Shown here: in pieces, positions 1 to 10,604 of the stretch
Layout of the letters: the number at the start of each line of letters is the position of its first letter
Position numbering within the stretch: position 1 is the first letter of the stretch
Assembly (NCBI GenBank): GCA_963677225.1
Contig: OY781923.1
Coordinates: 1,693,507-1,757,506 of the forward strand
DNA: 64,000 nt
Source of the DNA: Sphaerochaetaceae bacterium
Lineage (GTDB): Bacteria; Spirochaetota; Spirochaetia; Sphaerochaetales; Sphaerochaetaceae
Reading direction: 5' to 3'
Made by a program: the position numbers and the translations under genes
The notes under the pieces: model-generated
What the model saw: only the letters and a program-made list of their open reading frames with translations
What the model was told of the DNA's origin: nothing
Database searches by the model: none

Positions 1-619
1 CCTGATTTGCCTGCTTTACTAATTTACGCTTGGAGATCTTTCCTCTGACTACAGCAGATGTCTGCTGATCTCCCAGATAAATCTGTATCTTCCTGATATT
101 CTCTTTGGTCTGAGGTATTTTCACTTTCTCAAAGAGGTTGACTCTCTGACTGGTCACTCTCAGCTCCCTTCCAAGCAGTTCGATCTGCTTCTCCAGTGTA
201 GTGATCATCGCATCGAATCGGGCAATCTCCTTGAGACTGCTGATCCCCCGGTCGACCCACAGCGGATAGACATTGTAATCGTAGGGAATATCTTTGAAGG
301 TAAGTTCCTTGAAGACCGGGATGGGTACTCCGGCAATGTTCCCCTTATATTTGATCACTCTGTCGACTATGACCAGATGTTCGAGCTTCACCGGTCTTTC
401 GAACTCTCTGTTCTCGTTGAAGACAGCTACCCAGCTCTGAAGAGATTCCACTACGGCTTTCTGCTGCTGAGCAAGTTCAGCCGCCTCAGCTTCTATTCGT
501 CTGATAACCATCTGCAGCTGCTGTTTTTTCAGCTGCAGTGTAGGCAGATACCGCTGAAACTGCTTGAGTTGGTCCTTCTGTTTCTTCTGCTCATTTTTCG
601 TGAGCTTGACACTAGCCAT
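1..619 (-). CDS. atpD: V-type ATP synthase subunit D (partial; 3' end runs off the window start)
   Basis: Absent from the ORF track because no stop lies inside the window. My reverse-strand translation from the ATG (cat at 617-619) reads MASVKLTKNEQKKQKDQLKQFQRYLPTLQLKKQQLQMVIRR... and stays open to position 1. It starts 17 nt after the subunit B stop. The coiled-coil N terminus and the A-B-D operon position fit subunit D. Confidence 0.85.
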   Translation of the reverse strand, partial: MASVKLTKNEQKKQKDQLKQFQRYLPTLQLKKQQLQMVIRRIEAEAAELAQQQKAVVESLQSWVAVFNENREFERPVKLEHLVIVDRVIKYKGNIAGVPIPVFKELTFKDIPYDYNVYPLWVDRGISSLKEIARFDAMITTLEKQIELLGRELRVTSQRVNLFEKVKIPQTKENIRKIQIYLGDQQTSAVVRGKISKRKLVKQANQ

Positions 620-635
620 TGTTCACACCTCTCGA

Positions 636-1934
636 TTAGTTCTTAGGCCAATATTTGAGTACCAGCTCGGTTCGAAGTCCGGTCTCTTTCGGTTCGAAAC
701 ACTGTGCCAGAATAGACCAGCCCAGGTCCAAGGCCTCTTCCAAAGGAATATTCACTGAAAGATCCATCAGTTTCGTTTCGAACAGGTCACCGAATTTGAG
801 GAGTTTATCATCCCACTCGGACATCTGGAATCCCATAGATTTTTTCTCGAGTGATTCCTTATATGCGGAATAGAGCTTGATCATACCGTCCATGAGTGCC
901 CGATGGTCATCTCTCGTGTCTTTGTTGACCTGCTGTTTCAGTCTTGACAGAGAACCGAACGGCTCGATACGGGAATTTTTCAGGTAGTACTGCCCTTCTG
1001 TGATATATCCTGTATTGTCGGGAACCGGGTGGGTAACATCATCTCCCGGCATCGTCGTGACTGCAAGAATCGTTAGAGATCCCGCCCCTTCGAAGTCTAC
1101 GGCCTTTTCATATCTTGAAGCGAGAGAACTGTAAAGGTCTCCCGGGTATCCTCTGTTGGAAGGAACCTGTTCCATCGTGATCGCTATCTCTTTCATGCTG
1201 TCGGCGAAGTTTGTCATATCGGTCAAAAGGACCAGAACCTTCTTGCCGTCGAGGGCGAACCTTTCGGCGACCGCAAGAGAGATATCGGGAACGAGAAGAC
1301 ATTCAACAGTAGGGTCGGATGCGGTGTGAACGAAGAATATCGTCCTGCTCATCGCGCCCGATTTCTCCAGGGTGTCTTTGAAGAACAGATAGTCATCATA
1401 TTTCAGACCCATACCGCCGAGGATGATCAGGTCTACTTCCGCCTGCATGGCGATCCTGGCGAGGACTTCGTTGTACGGTTCACCGGATACCGAGAAGATC
1501 GGCAGTTTCTGAGATTCGACGAGCGTGTTGAACACATCGATCATCGGGATACCGGTTCTGATCATATTCCTGGGGATGATTCTTTTTGCCGGATTGACCG
1601 CGGGACCGCCGATTTCGATCATGTTCTCGGTGAGTGCCGGACCGTTATCACGGGGAGCACCGGAGCCGCTGAAGATCCTTCCCATAAGATCATCGGTATA
1701 TGAGACTTTCATGGGATATCCCAAAAATCTCACCTTGTCTCCCGTCGAAACACCCCGACCTCCTGCGAATACCTGCAGAGAAACATTCTCTTTATCGAGC
1801 TTGATCACGTTTGCCAGCGATTCACCGTGACTCGATGATACCACCGCGAGATCGCCGTTTCGGACATTTTCGGCTTTAACTGTGATAACGTTACCTGAAA
1901 TTGAATCAATCTTTGTATATATCTTTTGCATCAT
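636..1934 (-). CDS. atpB: V-type ATP synthase subunit B
   Basis: 432-aa ORF of the A/B nucleotide-binding family without a P-loop ([20 protein letters not shown]). It follows the A subunit gene after 8 nt. Confidence 0.95.
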   Translation of the reverse strand: MMQKIYTKIDSISGNVITVKAENVRNGDLAVVSSSHGESLANVIKLDKENVSLQVFAGGRGVSTGDKVRFLGYPMKVSYTDDLMGRIFSGSGAPRDNGPALTENMIEIGGPAVNPAKRIIPRNMIRTGIPMIDVFNTLVESQKLPIFSVSGEPYNEVLARIAMQAEVDLIILGGMGLKYDDYLFFKDTLEKSGAMSRTIFFVHTASDPTVECLLVPDISLAVAERFALDGKKVLVLLTDMTNFADSMKEIAITMEQVPSNRGYPGDLYSSLASRYEKAVDFEGAGSLTILAVTTMPGDDVTHPVPDNTGYITEGQYYLKNSRIEPFGSLSRLKQQVNKDTRDDHRALMDGMIKLYSAYKESLEKKSMGFQMSEWDDKLLKFGDLFETKLMDLSVNIPLEEALDLGWSILAQCFEPKETGLRTELVLKYWPKN

Positions 1935-1942
1935 GCACCACC

Positions 1943-3709
1943 CTATTTCGAAGAAATTATCTTTTGTGCCCGTTTCTCGTAGGATTCGAACTTCGTAGCG
2001 ACGGTTTCCTGTATCTCTTTCTTGTAGATCTCGAACCTTTCGTCATCACGCGGAGTATTATTCCAGTCGATGAACTTCTGTCTGATATCGTTGATAAACG
2101 AACGGGCGGCTTTCTTGTCTTCCAGATTCAGATTCGAGCCGAGAACAGAGAACAGCAGCTCGAACACGATCTTCTGTCTGTCGATCGGTGCGGCAAAGTC
2201 CACAGGATCGAATGAATTCTGCTGGAGGTAAACGCTGTCGATCAGTTCGCTTTTCAGATAGACGATATAGTCTTCCAGAGATGTTCCTTCTTCACCGACG
2301 ACCTTCATCATCTGAGATACTTCATTTCCTCTGAACAGGATCTCCCTTGCATAGGAGACTTTCCTTTCATCTATCGGACTGGAGTATTTCGTCCATGATT
2401 CGAGCGGGTGTACAGCGGGATATTTTCTTGCATCACTTCTCTCTCTCGAAAGTCCGTGGAATGCTCCGACGACCTTCAAAGTCGCTTGTGTTACAGGTTC
2501 CTCGAAGTTACCGCCGGCAGGTGAGACAGTTCCACCGATCGTTACCGATCCTTTCGAACCGTCTTTCAGTGAGACGATACCCGCACGTTCGTAGAAAGAT
2601 GCGATGACCGATTCGAGATATGCAGGGAAGGCCTCCTCACCGGGAATCTCTTCGAGACGTCCGCTCATCTCTCTCATCGCCTGTGCCCAACGACTCGTGC
2701 TGTCCGCAAGAAGAAGGACATCAAGACCCATCTGCCGGTAGTATTCACCTATTGTCACGGCTGTATATACTGATGCCTCACGGGCTGCGACCGGCATACT
2801 GCTCGTGTTACAGATGATGATCGTCCGTTCCATCAGAGTCTTTCCTGTTCTCGGGTCGATCAGTTCGGGGAACTCCTTGAGTGTTTCCACAACCTCACCG
2901 GCTCTCTCCCCGCAGGCTGCGATAATAACGATATCGACATCCGCGTTTCTGCTTGTCATATGCTGAAGAACTGTCTTTCCTGCACCGAAAGGTCCGGGAA
3001 TACAGTATGTTCCGCCCTTCGCCACAGGAAGGAACGTATCGATGATCCTTACCTTCGTGATCAGTGGATCGGTTGGTCTCAACCGCTCTTTGTACAGGGT
3101 GATCGGACGCTTTATCGGCCAGGTGAACACCATCGAGACGCTTTCTTCTTTTCCCTTCCGGTTCTTGAGAACGGCTATCTCGTCTCTTACATTGTATGTT
3201 CCACTTTCTTTTATCGAAACGACTTCCCATTCTTCATCGGCGAAGTTGAACGGAACCATGATCTTGTGTGTGAAGATTCCTTCAGGAACGGTTCCCAGTG
3301 TATCTGCGGGATAAAGGATATCGCCTGGCTTAGCGACAGGTGTGAACTCCCATGAAGCGTCGGGAATCGGTTTGAGGTAGACTCCGCGCTGAAGGAAGAA
3401 GCCGCATTGTATTGCCAATTGCGGAAGAGGATTCTGAAGCCCGTCGTAGATCTGCGTAAGTAATCCCGGCCCCAGCTCAACACTCAGCAACTCACCTGAA
3501 AACTCAACTGTATCTCCGACTTTCACACCGTTGGTCATCTCGAAGACCTGCATCGATGCGGTATCGCCTGATATCCTGATAACCTCCGATTTGAGGCGTT
3601 GATCATCCAAAAGGATATATCCTACTTCATTTAGTGAGATACTTCCCTCAAAGGCAACACTTACCATGTTACCATTAACTCCGGTGACTCGTCCTGTGTT
3701 AGTACTCAT
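1943..3709 (-). CDS. atpA: V-type ATP synthase catalytic subunit A
   Basis: 588-aa ORF with Walker A GPFGAGKT and [22 protein letters not shown]. Length and motifs are typical of the catalytic A subunit. Confidence 0.95.
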   Translation of the reverse strand: MSTNTGRVTGVNGNMVSVAFEGSISLNEVGYILLDDQRLKSEVIRISGDTASMQVFEMTNGVKVGDTVEFSGELLSVELGPGLLTQIYDGLQNPLPQLAIQCGFFLQRGVYLKPIPDASWEFTPVAKPGDILYPADTLGTVPEGIFTHKIMVPFNFADEEWEVVSIKESGTYNVRDEIAVLKNRKGKEESVSMVFTWPIKRPITLYKERLRPTDPLITKVRIIDTFLPVAKGGTYCIPGPFGAGKTVLQHMTSRNADVDIVIIAACGERAGEVVETLKEFPELIDPRTGKTLMERTIIICNTSSMPVAAREASVYTAVTIGEYYRQMGLDVLLLADSTSRWAQAMREMSGRLEEIPGEEAFPAYLESVIASFYERAGIVSLKDGSKGSVTIGGTVSPAGGNFEEPVTQATLKVVGAFHGLSRERSDARKYPAVHPLESWTKYSSPIDERKVSYAREILFRGNEVSQMMKVVGEEGTSLEDYIVYLKSELIDSVYLQQNSFDPVDFAAPIDRQKIVFELLFSVLGSNLNLEDKKAARSFINDIRQKFIDWNNTPRDDERFEIYKKEIQETVATKFESYEKRAQKIISSK

Positions 3710-3724
3710 AACAATTTACTCCGT

Positions 3725-4279
3725 TTATAAGCTCTTTATGCTTGACTGCAGGTTCGTGAATAATCGTTTAAACTCCGCATTTCCCTCAATGGGGACAAAA
3801 ACAGCTTTTCTTTCTAAGATTCTCAATTCAAGGGCATATGCATAGATGGACACTTCATCGTAGGAGTGTCCATCCTTGAGATACTCGATCTCATTCCATA
3901 ACATGTTCATTATCGACTTTTCAGCTTCGAGGGGATTTTCCTGTTCGACCGCCCGTTTCACAGTCGCCAGAACGGTCTGATTGTGAAGCATGGTGCCGCT
4001 TCTCGATTCATCGCCATCAGTGCGTCCCTTGCCTCTGCTGCTTCGTATGCGCTGCAGCTCTTCGGTAAGATCATCGGTGAACGAATTGTACCGGGTCAAA
4101 AAAGGGTGATCGACGCTTCCTGTATAGCGTGCATTCTTATCGATCGACATCAGGACATCCATATCCTCAACGCTCACGAAATTCCTGCAGGAATCAAGGA
4201 ACTGCGTGTAGGTAATGGGAACATCAGCATCCATGGTGAGCATCGGCAATGATGAAAGAACGTAAAAATAGGCTGACAC
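3725..4279 (-). CDS. V-ATPase operon protein, DUF2764-like (possible substitute for a peripheral/central stalk subunit)
   Basis: 184-aa ORF packed between the E and A genes with 9-15 nt gaps. The N terminus YFYVLSSLPML matches my recollection of the DUF2764 family found at this position in Bacteroidota and Spirochaetota V-ATPase operons. Not searched. Confidence 0.5.
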   Translation of the reverse strand: MSAYFYVLSSLPMLTMDADVPITYTQFLDSCRNFVSVEDMDVLMSIDKNARYTGSVDHPFLTRYNSFTDDLTEELQRIRSSRGKGRTDGDESRSGTMLHNQTVLATVKRAVEQENPLEAEKSIMNMLWNEIEYLKDGHSYDEVSIYAYALELRILERKAVFVPIEGNAEFKRLFTNLQSSIKSL

Positions 4280-4288
4280 TTACCTACC

Positions 4289-4888
4289 TCACTCTTCGCT
4301 CAGTATCTGAGATATCGCTGTGTTCAAAAACGGCTTGAGCAGAGAACTGATCTCCTCGTCACTGAAATCATAGTAGCTTGAACCGCTTTTGTCGGTAAGA
4401 CGGAATCCGACATCTACCTGTGGAACCGCTTTGATAGTCAAACCGGCCTTAAGCTCTTTCTCAAGGTCTCCCCTCAGACTCTCCTCGAGTGAGGCGATCT
4501 GATCAGGATTTACTTCGAGAACCGTCTGTGCAGGATCTTCCAATCCTCCTTTCACGACCTGAACGATCAGTGAGACCAGCTGCTTATCAGTAATACCTGT
4601 TTTGACTTTTTTTGTCAGAAGACGGTCCATATGATCATAGATGCTTTTCTTCAGAGAGAGAATGACATCTCTGGACGCCTGTTTGACAGCTTCTTTCCCG
4701 CTGCTTTCCATAACACTCACTTCTTTCTGAGCCTTCTCTATGATAGATGCCGCTTCTTTTTCGCTCTGGGCGATAATCTGTTCGGCTTTCTTCTGAGCAG
4801 CGTCTATGATCTGTGCACTTTTCTTCTCAGCTTCATTAATTCCATCACGTTTGATTGACTCAACGAGGTCTTGAATCTGTTGTTCCAT
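4289..4888 (-). CDS. atpE: V-type ATP synthase subunit E
   Basis: ORF 4289..5014 trimmed to the internal ATG at 4888, which is preceded by GGTGGAG. The product starts MEQQIQDLVESIKRDGINEAEKKSAQIIDAAQKKAEQII. A Lys/Glu/Ala coiled coil followed by a globular C-terminal half is typical of subunit E. Confidence 0.8.
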   Translation of the reverse strand: MEQQIQDLVESIKRDGINEAEKKSAQIIDAAQKKAEQIIAQSEKEAASIIEKAQKEVSVMESSGKEAVKQASRDVILSLKKSIYDHMDRLLTKKVKTGITDKQLVSLIVQVVKGGLEDPAQTVLEVNPDQIASLEESLRGDLEKELKAGLTIKAVPQVDVGFRLTDKSGSSYYDFSDEEISSLLKPFLNTAISQILSEE

Positions 4889-4918
4889 TGTGTATCTCCA
4901 CCTTTTGAATTGTTCACT

Positions 4919-4947
4919 ATAATAATTGTTTAAAACTGTTATTGCAA
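4919..4947 (-). promoter_or_regulatory. Candidate sigma70-type promoter of the V-ATPase operon (TTGCAA-17 nt-TATTAT)
   Basis: On the minus strand, TTGCAA lies at plus coordinates 4942-4947 and TATTAT at 4919-4924, with a 17-nt spacer about 30 nt upstream of the atpE start. Two further TTGACA copies lie just upstream (4951-4956 and 4967-4972). Confidence 0.35.
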
Positions 4948-5130
4948 CTGTGTCAATGGGGGGGAATGTCAAAAAAAACGGTAAACAAACCTTTATTTTT
5001 ACTACAAACATCAACCTATTGAGCCTATGAGCTGATTTTCAACCGATAAAAATTTATTTTATTTTTTTTGTTGCAAATATCACTTAAAACCCGCCTTTTT
5101 TGCTGTTTAATTACACAAGCGAGGTGTGTA

Positions 5131-5748
5131 ATGAATAAAAAAAAGAACGGAAGAAAACTCATCAGAGTGATCAGTTTCACCCTGTCAGTCTTTCTCATAA
5201 TCGATCGGAAAATGATCGTGGTTCTGGCACTTTATCTGATCTCGGTCGCATTGACGCCCATCTTCGGAAGGTTTTATTGTTCTTATTTGTGTGTCATGGA
5301 CTGCGCTCTGAATACAAAGATTTCCCAAAAGAAGAGAGTAGAAACGATTTCCGATAGACTGACTTTCTATCTTCCCTTCCTTTCGCTTGCAGTCTCTGCG
5401 GCATTGATGATCCTCTTCAAGAAGACATTTCATAGACAGCTGCCGATACTGCTGATTCTTCTTGTCCTATCATTCGTATACGGATTGGCAGGACAGGCAA
5501 CCCACTGGCACAATTACATCTGTCCCTTTTCACCCCTTCTGAGAACAGCTAGTCATTCACCGGTATACAGTTATAGAGTTGATGAAAAGAAATGCCTATC
5601 ATGCACCCTCTGTGCCGGAGTCTGCTCTGTCAACGCGGTCGTGATTGATGAGAAAAGCAGAAAGGCGGCGATAAAAACGAGTCTGTGTCATCAGTGCGGT
5701 GAATGTGCATCGGCATGTCCTGCCGATGCAATTGTTTACGGAAAATGA
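5131..5748 (+). CDS. Membrane-bound 4Fe-4S polyferredoxin (NapH/YccM-like)
   Basis: ORF trimmed to ATG 5131, preceded by GAGGTG. It has several hydrophobic helices carrying FGRFYCSYLC and YICPFSP motifs. The C terminus has two ferredoxin motifs, CLSCTLCAGVC and CHQCGECASACP. Confidence 0.7.
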   Translation: MNKKKNGRKLIRVISFTLSVFLIIDRKMIVVLALYLISVALTPIFGRFYCSYLCVMDCALNTKISQKKRVETISDRLTFYLPFLSLAVSAALMILFKKTFHRQLPILLILLVLSFVYGLAGQATHWHNYICPFSPLLRTASHSPVYSYRVDEKKCLSCTLCAGVCSVNAVVIDEKSRKAAIKTSLCHQCGECASACPADAIVYGK

Positions 5749-5755
5749 TGATATT

Positions 5756-6544
5756 TCAGATCCTTCCGTTTTCTCTATCGGTTCTTATGAGATTGCGCAG
5801 CCCCTGTATGACCACTTCGATGCCAACTTCAGTGTCATGAAGGATAGGATTGTCCATTCCCAGAGCTTCTCTCTCCTGGTTTCCTACAACGAAGAATTCG
5901 CTTCCGCATCGGACACCGAGATATGATGCCACGACGAACAGAGCCGCCGACTCCATTTCGCTGGCAAGGGTGTTGAGCCGTTTCCATGCTTCCCATTTGT
6001 TCTGAAGTTCATAACTTACAGGTTTTGTCTCGGGTGAATGCTGACCGTAGAAAGAATCTTTACACTGTACGATTCCGACATGATATCTCTTTTTGAGCTG
6101 CACTGCGGCCTGCTGCAGCGCCTGCACTATCTCGAAATCTGCGACAGCCGGAAATTCGATCGGAGCATATTCTCTGCTCGTTCCTTCGTTACGTATAGCG
6201 CCTGTTGCAATTACAACATCTCCGCCCATCACAGGAAGAGCGATACCACCGCAGGTTCCCATCCTGATAAAGGTGTCGGCACCGCAGTTATGCAGCTCTT
6301 CCATCGCGATCGAGGCGGACGGGCCGCCTATACCGGTACTTGTCACGCTTACTTTCTCACCTTCAAGATAGCCCGAGTAGGTTACATACTCTCTTGAATC
6401 GGCAACGAATTCGGGATCATCAAAATATGAAGCGATCTTCTTGCACCGTTTGGGATCTCCCGGAAGAATCACATATCTGCCCACATCTCCTTTTTTCAGA
6501 TGAATATGATACTGTACTCCTGTTCCGTTCATGTAGTCTGTCAT
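5756..6544 (-). CDS. udp: Uridine phosphorylase (PNP/UDP family)
   Basis: ORF trimmed to ATG 6544, preceded by [31 protein letters not shown] and EMESAALF align closely with my memory of E. coli Udp. Confidence 0.82.
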   Translation of the reverse strand: MTDYMNGTGVQYHIHLKKGDVGRYVILPGDPKRCKKIASYFDDPEFVADSREYVTYSGYLEGEKVSVTSTGIGGPSASIAMEELHNCGADTFIRMGTCGGIALPVMGGDVVIATGAIRNEGTSREYAPIEFPAVADFEIVQALQQAAVQLKKRYHVGIVQCKDSFYGQHSPETKPVSYELQNKWEAWKRLNTLASEMESAALFVVASYLGVRCGSEFFVVGNQEREALGMDNPILHDTEVGIEVVIQGLRNLIRTDRENGRI

Positions 6545-6604
6545 AATCTCTCCTTCTCTTGCCAAGGATGAAAAAATAACACCCCGGAGGCGGTGCAGTC
6601 AAGG

Positions 6605-8983
6605 TCAAGGGCCCATCTCGACATATGTTTTCCCGTGCCCCCCGTCCTCGGGACGGGCAAAATAGAAGGAACTCACGTACGGAAGCGTCGAAAGCCGTTC
6701 ATGGATTCCCCTCATAAGGATACCGTCGCCCATCCCGTGGATGATCGAGAAGGTCTTCATTCCGTGAAGAAGTGCTCCTTCGATCTGGGTATCAACTGCG
6801 GCAAGGGCATCTTCAAGCGTTCTTCCTCTCACATCTATACTCATTCGCACCTGTTCTATCGAGGAGGAATAGGAGATCGTGGGAGCCTTGGTTTTCTCGG
6901 GCATCCCTTTCGGTCTCAGTTCTTCAGATCTGAAGGTGAATTTCATCCCGCCGATTGAAACAAGATATCTCCCCCGTTTCTCTTTTCGAACGATCACACC
7001 TTCTTTCTTTTTGTCGCCCGCATATACATTCATCCCCACTTCCAGAGTGCGATCGAGTTCCTTCGTACTGTTTTTCGCAGGATTCACCCTGATGGCATTT
7101 GCCGCATCCCGGCTTTCAGCTTTCTTCTGGTCGAGAGAATCAAGGTACTGTTTCACCTTCCTCGTCTTCTCTCTGGTGATTTCTCCTTCTCTCAGCTCAG
7201 CAACTAGATTCTCGAGTTCCTTCCTCTTTTCGCTTATGAATCTTGAAAGAGAACCGATCTGCTGTTCTCTTACCTGTCTCTCCTTCTGATTCAGAGAAAG
7301 CTGACGCAGATCATACGCTCTCTTCATTTCCGTGAGTTCGCGTTCGCGTTCGGCTATTTTCTCGAGTTTTCTTTCCGCCTGATGCTCCTTCTGTTCCAAA
7401 GAGGAGATGATTGTTGAGACTTTCATATTCTGCGATCCGATGTGGGATATAGCCGTTTCGAGCACAGATTCGGGCAGACCCATTCTCCTTGCCGTATCGA
7501 TTGCATGCGATTCACCGGGTAGCCCCGAGATCACTCTGAAGGTCGGATTATGGGTCTTCTCGTCGAACTCCATCGATGCATTGAGAACATGTTGATGTGC
7601 GTAGGCGTACTGCTTGAGCAGCGTGTGATGACTCGTTATCAATGTGATCACCCCGCTGTCCATAAGATGCTCGACGATGGCCTTTGCGAGTGCGGCTCCT
7701 TCTATCGGGTCGGTACCGCTTCCCAGTTCGTCGAGTATGACCAGAGACCTGTCGTCTATCGATTTGACTATCTCTGCTATACGCTTCATGTGGGAGGAAA
7801 AGGTTGAAAGCGATTTCTCTATCGACTGTTCATCCCCGACATCCGTGTAGATCGATGAGAAAAGAGGAAGAGACGAACCCTCTTTCGCGGGAATGACAAA
7901 GAGTGTCTGATGCATGAACGCAAGAAGAGCGACAGTCTTGATGCTTACAGTCTTCCCCCCGGCATTCGGTCCGCTGATGACAACCGTACTGACGGGAGGG
8001 GAAATCTCCATGGTGATGGGAACGGCCTGATCTTTCAAAAGAGGATGCCTTGCCTCCAAAAGTTTGATAGTGCGGTCTTCACTGATATCGGGAAAGGTGC
8101 ACATATAGCGCCCTTTGAAGAGACTTCGTGACAGCATAGCATCGGCATATCCCACAGCTGACCTGAGATCCTCTATGTCGCTGAGGGCCGAAAATGCCAT
8201 ATCGGAGAGAGAGGAGATGATCTTCGCCATCTCGATCTCGATCTTCTGCTGCAGCAGCACGACCTGATTATTGTATTCGACAAGAGGAAAGCTCTCCATG
8301 AAGACGGTGGATCCTGAATTGCTCGTACTGTTTATGAACCCCTTAACTTCGCTTCTTCGGTCGTTTCTGACAGGGAGGACAACGCGCTGGTCTTTGTATG
8401 TGGGAACGGATTGTGCCGCTGTATCTTTATGCTCTTTAAGAAACGATTCTGAATACGATTTCCTCTGAGTCCGTTTCGACTCGAGAGCATGTACGAGGGA
8501 GGCTATCCCGGGATGGCTCATCTTCACCACTCCGGGTGATTCCAGGCAGAAATCGATCTCTTTCATCAAAGCGGTGAGACTTTCGGGTATACGGTCCATC
8601 AAAGCGCAAGACGGATACTCCGCCGTTGAGTTCGAGGCGGCTGCAATGTCTCTTTTCGGAGCGTGCAGGTATTCATACAGTTCGATGCTTGAATGAAGAT
8701 ACTGCCCCAGAATGAAGAGCTCTGTGCCGTCTATCGATCTGTGAATTGAACAGAGATGTCCTACGATCTGTGAAATATCGGGAAACGATGATAACGGAAG
8801 GTCGTTATACAGGGGGATGAGAGACAGGTCTTCTATGATTCTCTGATTCTCGGCGATCACTTTGCGGTCTGTGACGAACGGTGAATCTCTCAGCTGTTCG
8901 GCACCTTCAACCGACAAAGTCAGTGCGCACACGAAGTCCATCACTCTTTCTATCTCAAGATCTTTAATCGTATTGCTGTTCAT
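6605..8983 (-). CDS. mutS2: Endonuclease MutS2 (MutS ATPase + C-terminal Smr domain)
   Basis: 792-aa ORF with Walker A GPNAGGKT, Walker B ILDELGSGTDP, a long coiled-coil linker and a C-terminal Smr-like IDVRGRTLEDA...IIHGMGDGILMRGI. Confidence 0.92.
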   Translation of the reverse strand: MNSNTIKDLEIERVMDFVCALTLSVEGAEQLRDSPFVTDRKVIAENQRIIEDLSLIPLYNDLPLSSFPDISQIVGHLCSIHRSIDGTELFILGQYLHSSIELYEYLHAPKRDIAAASNSTAEYPSCALMDRIPESLTALMKEIDFCLESPGVVKMSHPGIASLVHALESKRTQRKSYSESFLKEHKDTAAQSVPTYKDQRVVLPVRNDRRSEVKGFINSTSNSGSTVFMESFPLVEYNNQVVLLQQKIEIEMAKIISSLSDMAFSALSDIEDLRSAVGYADAMLSRSLFKGRYMCTFPDISEDRTIKLLEARHPLLKDQAVPITMEISPPVSTVVISGPNAGGKTVSIKTVALLAFMHQTLFVIPAKEGSSLPLFSSIYTDVGDEQSIEKSLSTFSSHMKRIAEIVKSIDDRSLVILDELGSGTDPIEGAALAKAIVEHLMDSGVITLITSHHTLLKQYAYAHQHVLNASMEFDEKTHNPTFRVISGLPGESHAIDTARRMGLPESVLETAISHIGSQNMKVSTIISSLEQKEHQAERKLEKIAERERELTEMKRAYDLRQLSLNQKERQVREQQIGSLSRFISEKRKELENLVAELREGEITREKTRKVKQYLDSLDQKKAESRDAANAIRVNPAKNSTKELDRTLEVGMNVYAGDKKKEGVIVRKEKRGRYLVSIGGMKFTFRSEELRPKGMPEKTKAPTISYSSSIEQVRMSIDVRGRTLEDALAAVDTQIEGALLHGMKTFSIIHGMGDGILMRGIHERLSTLPYVSSFYFARPEDGGHGKTYVEMGP

Positions 8984-8990
8984 GCTGTCC

Positions 8991-9941
8991 TCAACGTCTG
9001 TCTGATGCCCAGAGGGGACCTCTCTCTTTCAAAGAATAGAGCATCCTCAGATAACTTTCATAACGGTCGGTGTGAATCTCGTTGTTCTCAACTCTTCTTT
9101 TTACATCGCAGTCGGGTTCATGTTCATGAAGGCACATATCATAAGCACATTTCCCCCGTGATTTTCTAAATTCAGGGAAATACTCTTGGATCAGATGACT
9201 ATCGGTATGTGGTATCATGAGTTCCCGTACACCGGGAGTATCCACGATCACGGTCTGCCCTTTATGGAACAGAATGGAATGATTGGTGGTGTGTCTGCCT
9301 CTGTTGAATTTCTGTGAGACACTGGCGGTTGTCTGACGTATCTGATTTCCCATAAGCTTGTTCACTATCGTCGACTTGCCTACTCCTGACTGTCCCACGA
9401 AAGCTACAGAACGACCTTCTATACGTGAATAGAGAAGGTCTATCCCCTCTTCGTCGAATGCTGATATCTTCAGCGTCTCGTATCCGAGAGTTTCGAACAG
9501 CTCGAAACGCTCGATCTGCTCCTCCAGCAGCGGAAGGTCGCATTTGTTGAGCACTATGAGAATATTGCTCTTCGCGGCACAGACTATCGCCCGGTCGATG
9601 AACCGCGGGCGGAACGGCGGCTCGTCGGTGCTGCAGACGATGACGATCTTATCCATGTTCGCAACGACCGTCTGATTCGCACTTTTTTTTGCATTCCACC
9701 GCATGAAGCTGCTTGTCCTATCCAGTCTTCGGGTGATCAGCCCCTCAGAGCCCTGGTGGACCGTGAACAGGACCTTGTCTCCCACCGCAAGCGGTGCGTA
9801 CTCGTCGATCACATCAGAGAGTACTTTGCCCTTTATCCTGCACATATAGGTTTTCCCATCGTCATCACAGACGGCGCCCGCTTCTTTTACCGAGAATATG
9901 TTATTGATACCGCGTGTCACGATCCCTGTGAGTTCTTCCAT
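8991..9941 (-). CDS. rsgA: Ribosome small-subunit-dependent GTPase A
   Basis: Circularly permuted GTPase motifs LNKCDL, GQSGVGKST and DTPGVRE, plus the C-terminal zinc cluster CAYDMCLHEHEPDCDV. Start trimmed to ATG 9941 (MEELTGIV...). Confidence 0.9.
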   Translation of the reverse strand: MEELTGIVTRGINNIFSVKEAGAVCDDDGKTYMCRIKGKVLSDVIDEYAPLAVGDKVLFTVHQGSEGLITRRLDRTSSFMRWNAKKSANQTVVANMDKIVIVCSTDEPPFRPRFIDRAIVCAAKSNILIVLNKCDLPLLEEQIERFELFETLGYETLKISAFDEEGIDLLYSRIEGRSVAFVGQSGVGKSTIVNKLMGNQIRQTTASVSQKFNRGRHTTNHSILFHKGQTVIVDTPGVRELMIPHTDSHLIQEYFPEFRKSRGKCAYDMCLHEHEPDCDVKRRVENNEIHTDRYESYLRMLYSLKERGPLWASDRR

Positions 9942-10019
9942 ATCTGTACAATACTGACAAAACAGAGAGTGTGCAAGCAATTGCCTTTACTCGCCGCTGT
10001 CAATTTGATACATTTAGCT

Positions 10020-10598
10020 ATGTTTCGATGTATACCATGCAATCATCCCGGTTGCAAAAAATATGCGGTGGAGGACGAATTCACCTGCCTTGAACACTCT
10101 GACCATCCCGACAGGATACTGCATACCATCACCAGGGCTCTGGGAGACAAACACAATCACCGTGACATGCTCATCACCGACGCTGTCTTCGATCACCTCG
10201 ATTTTTCAAAGACGAAACTTTCGATGTGCAACTTCGCACGGTGCGTGTTTCGGGATGTGGATTTTTCCCACAGCAAAATAAACTCGTGTTTTTTTGACTT
10301 CTGTCTTTTCGACAGATGCATGTTTGACGATAACGATTCTAGACATTCAGTGGTTGCAGGGTCCAAACTCATTCAGTGTTCCTTCACCGATTCGATGCTC
10401 ATACATACGAATTTCATGGGAATAGACGCCAGAGAGTGTGATTTCTCTACAAGTGACCTCTATTATTCCAATTTCAGCAGCTCACACCTTGTGGACGTGC
10501 AGTTCGTAGACTGCAACCTGAAAAATGCTGATTTCAGATATACCGAAAGAGATAAGGTATCATTCAAGTATTCGAATTTCGAGGAGGCAATATTCTAA
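10020..10598 (+). CDS. Pentapeptide-repeat protein with N-terminal Cys/His-rich (zinc-ribbon-like) segment
   Basis: ORF 9756..10598 trimmed to ATG 10020, because the upstream part overlaps rsgA on the other strand. Pentapeptide periodicity runs from about LSMCNFARCVFRDVDFSHSKINSCFFDFCLFDRCMFDD to the C terminus. The N terminus reads CIPCNHPGCKKYAVEDEFTCLEHSDH. No clear RBS, so the start is uncertain. Confidence 0.72.
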   Translation: MFRCIPCNHPGCKKYAVEDEFTCLEHSDHPDRILHTITRALGDKHNHRDMLITDAVFDHLDFSKTKLSMCNFARCVFRDVDFSHSKINSCFFDFCLFDRCMFDDNDSRHSVVAGSKLIQCSFTDSMLIHTNFMGIDARECDFSTSDLYYSNFSSSHLVDVQFVDCNLKNADFRYTERDKVSFKYSNFEEAIF

Positions 10599-10604
10599 AC
10601 GCCT

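Noticed and set aside
4889-5014. N-terminal 42-codon extension of the atpE ORF (MMFVVKIKVCLPFFLTF...)
   Set aside because: The internal ATG at 4888 has a good RBS, and the E-subunit homology begins there. The extension covers the promoter-like region.
6571-6595. Short GC hairpin plus T-run after mutS2 (minus strand CACCGCCTCCGGGGTG-TTATTTTTT)
   Set aside because: The stem has only 4-6 bp and includes a bulge. It is possibly a weak terminator, but too marginal to list as a feature.
9756-10019. Upstream 88 codons of the pentapeptide ORF
   Set aside because: This part overlaps the rsgA coding region on the opposite strand and shows no pentapeptide periodicity. The real gene most likely starts at 10020.
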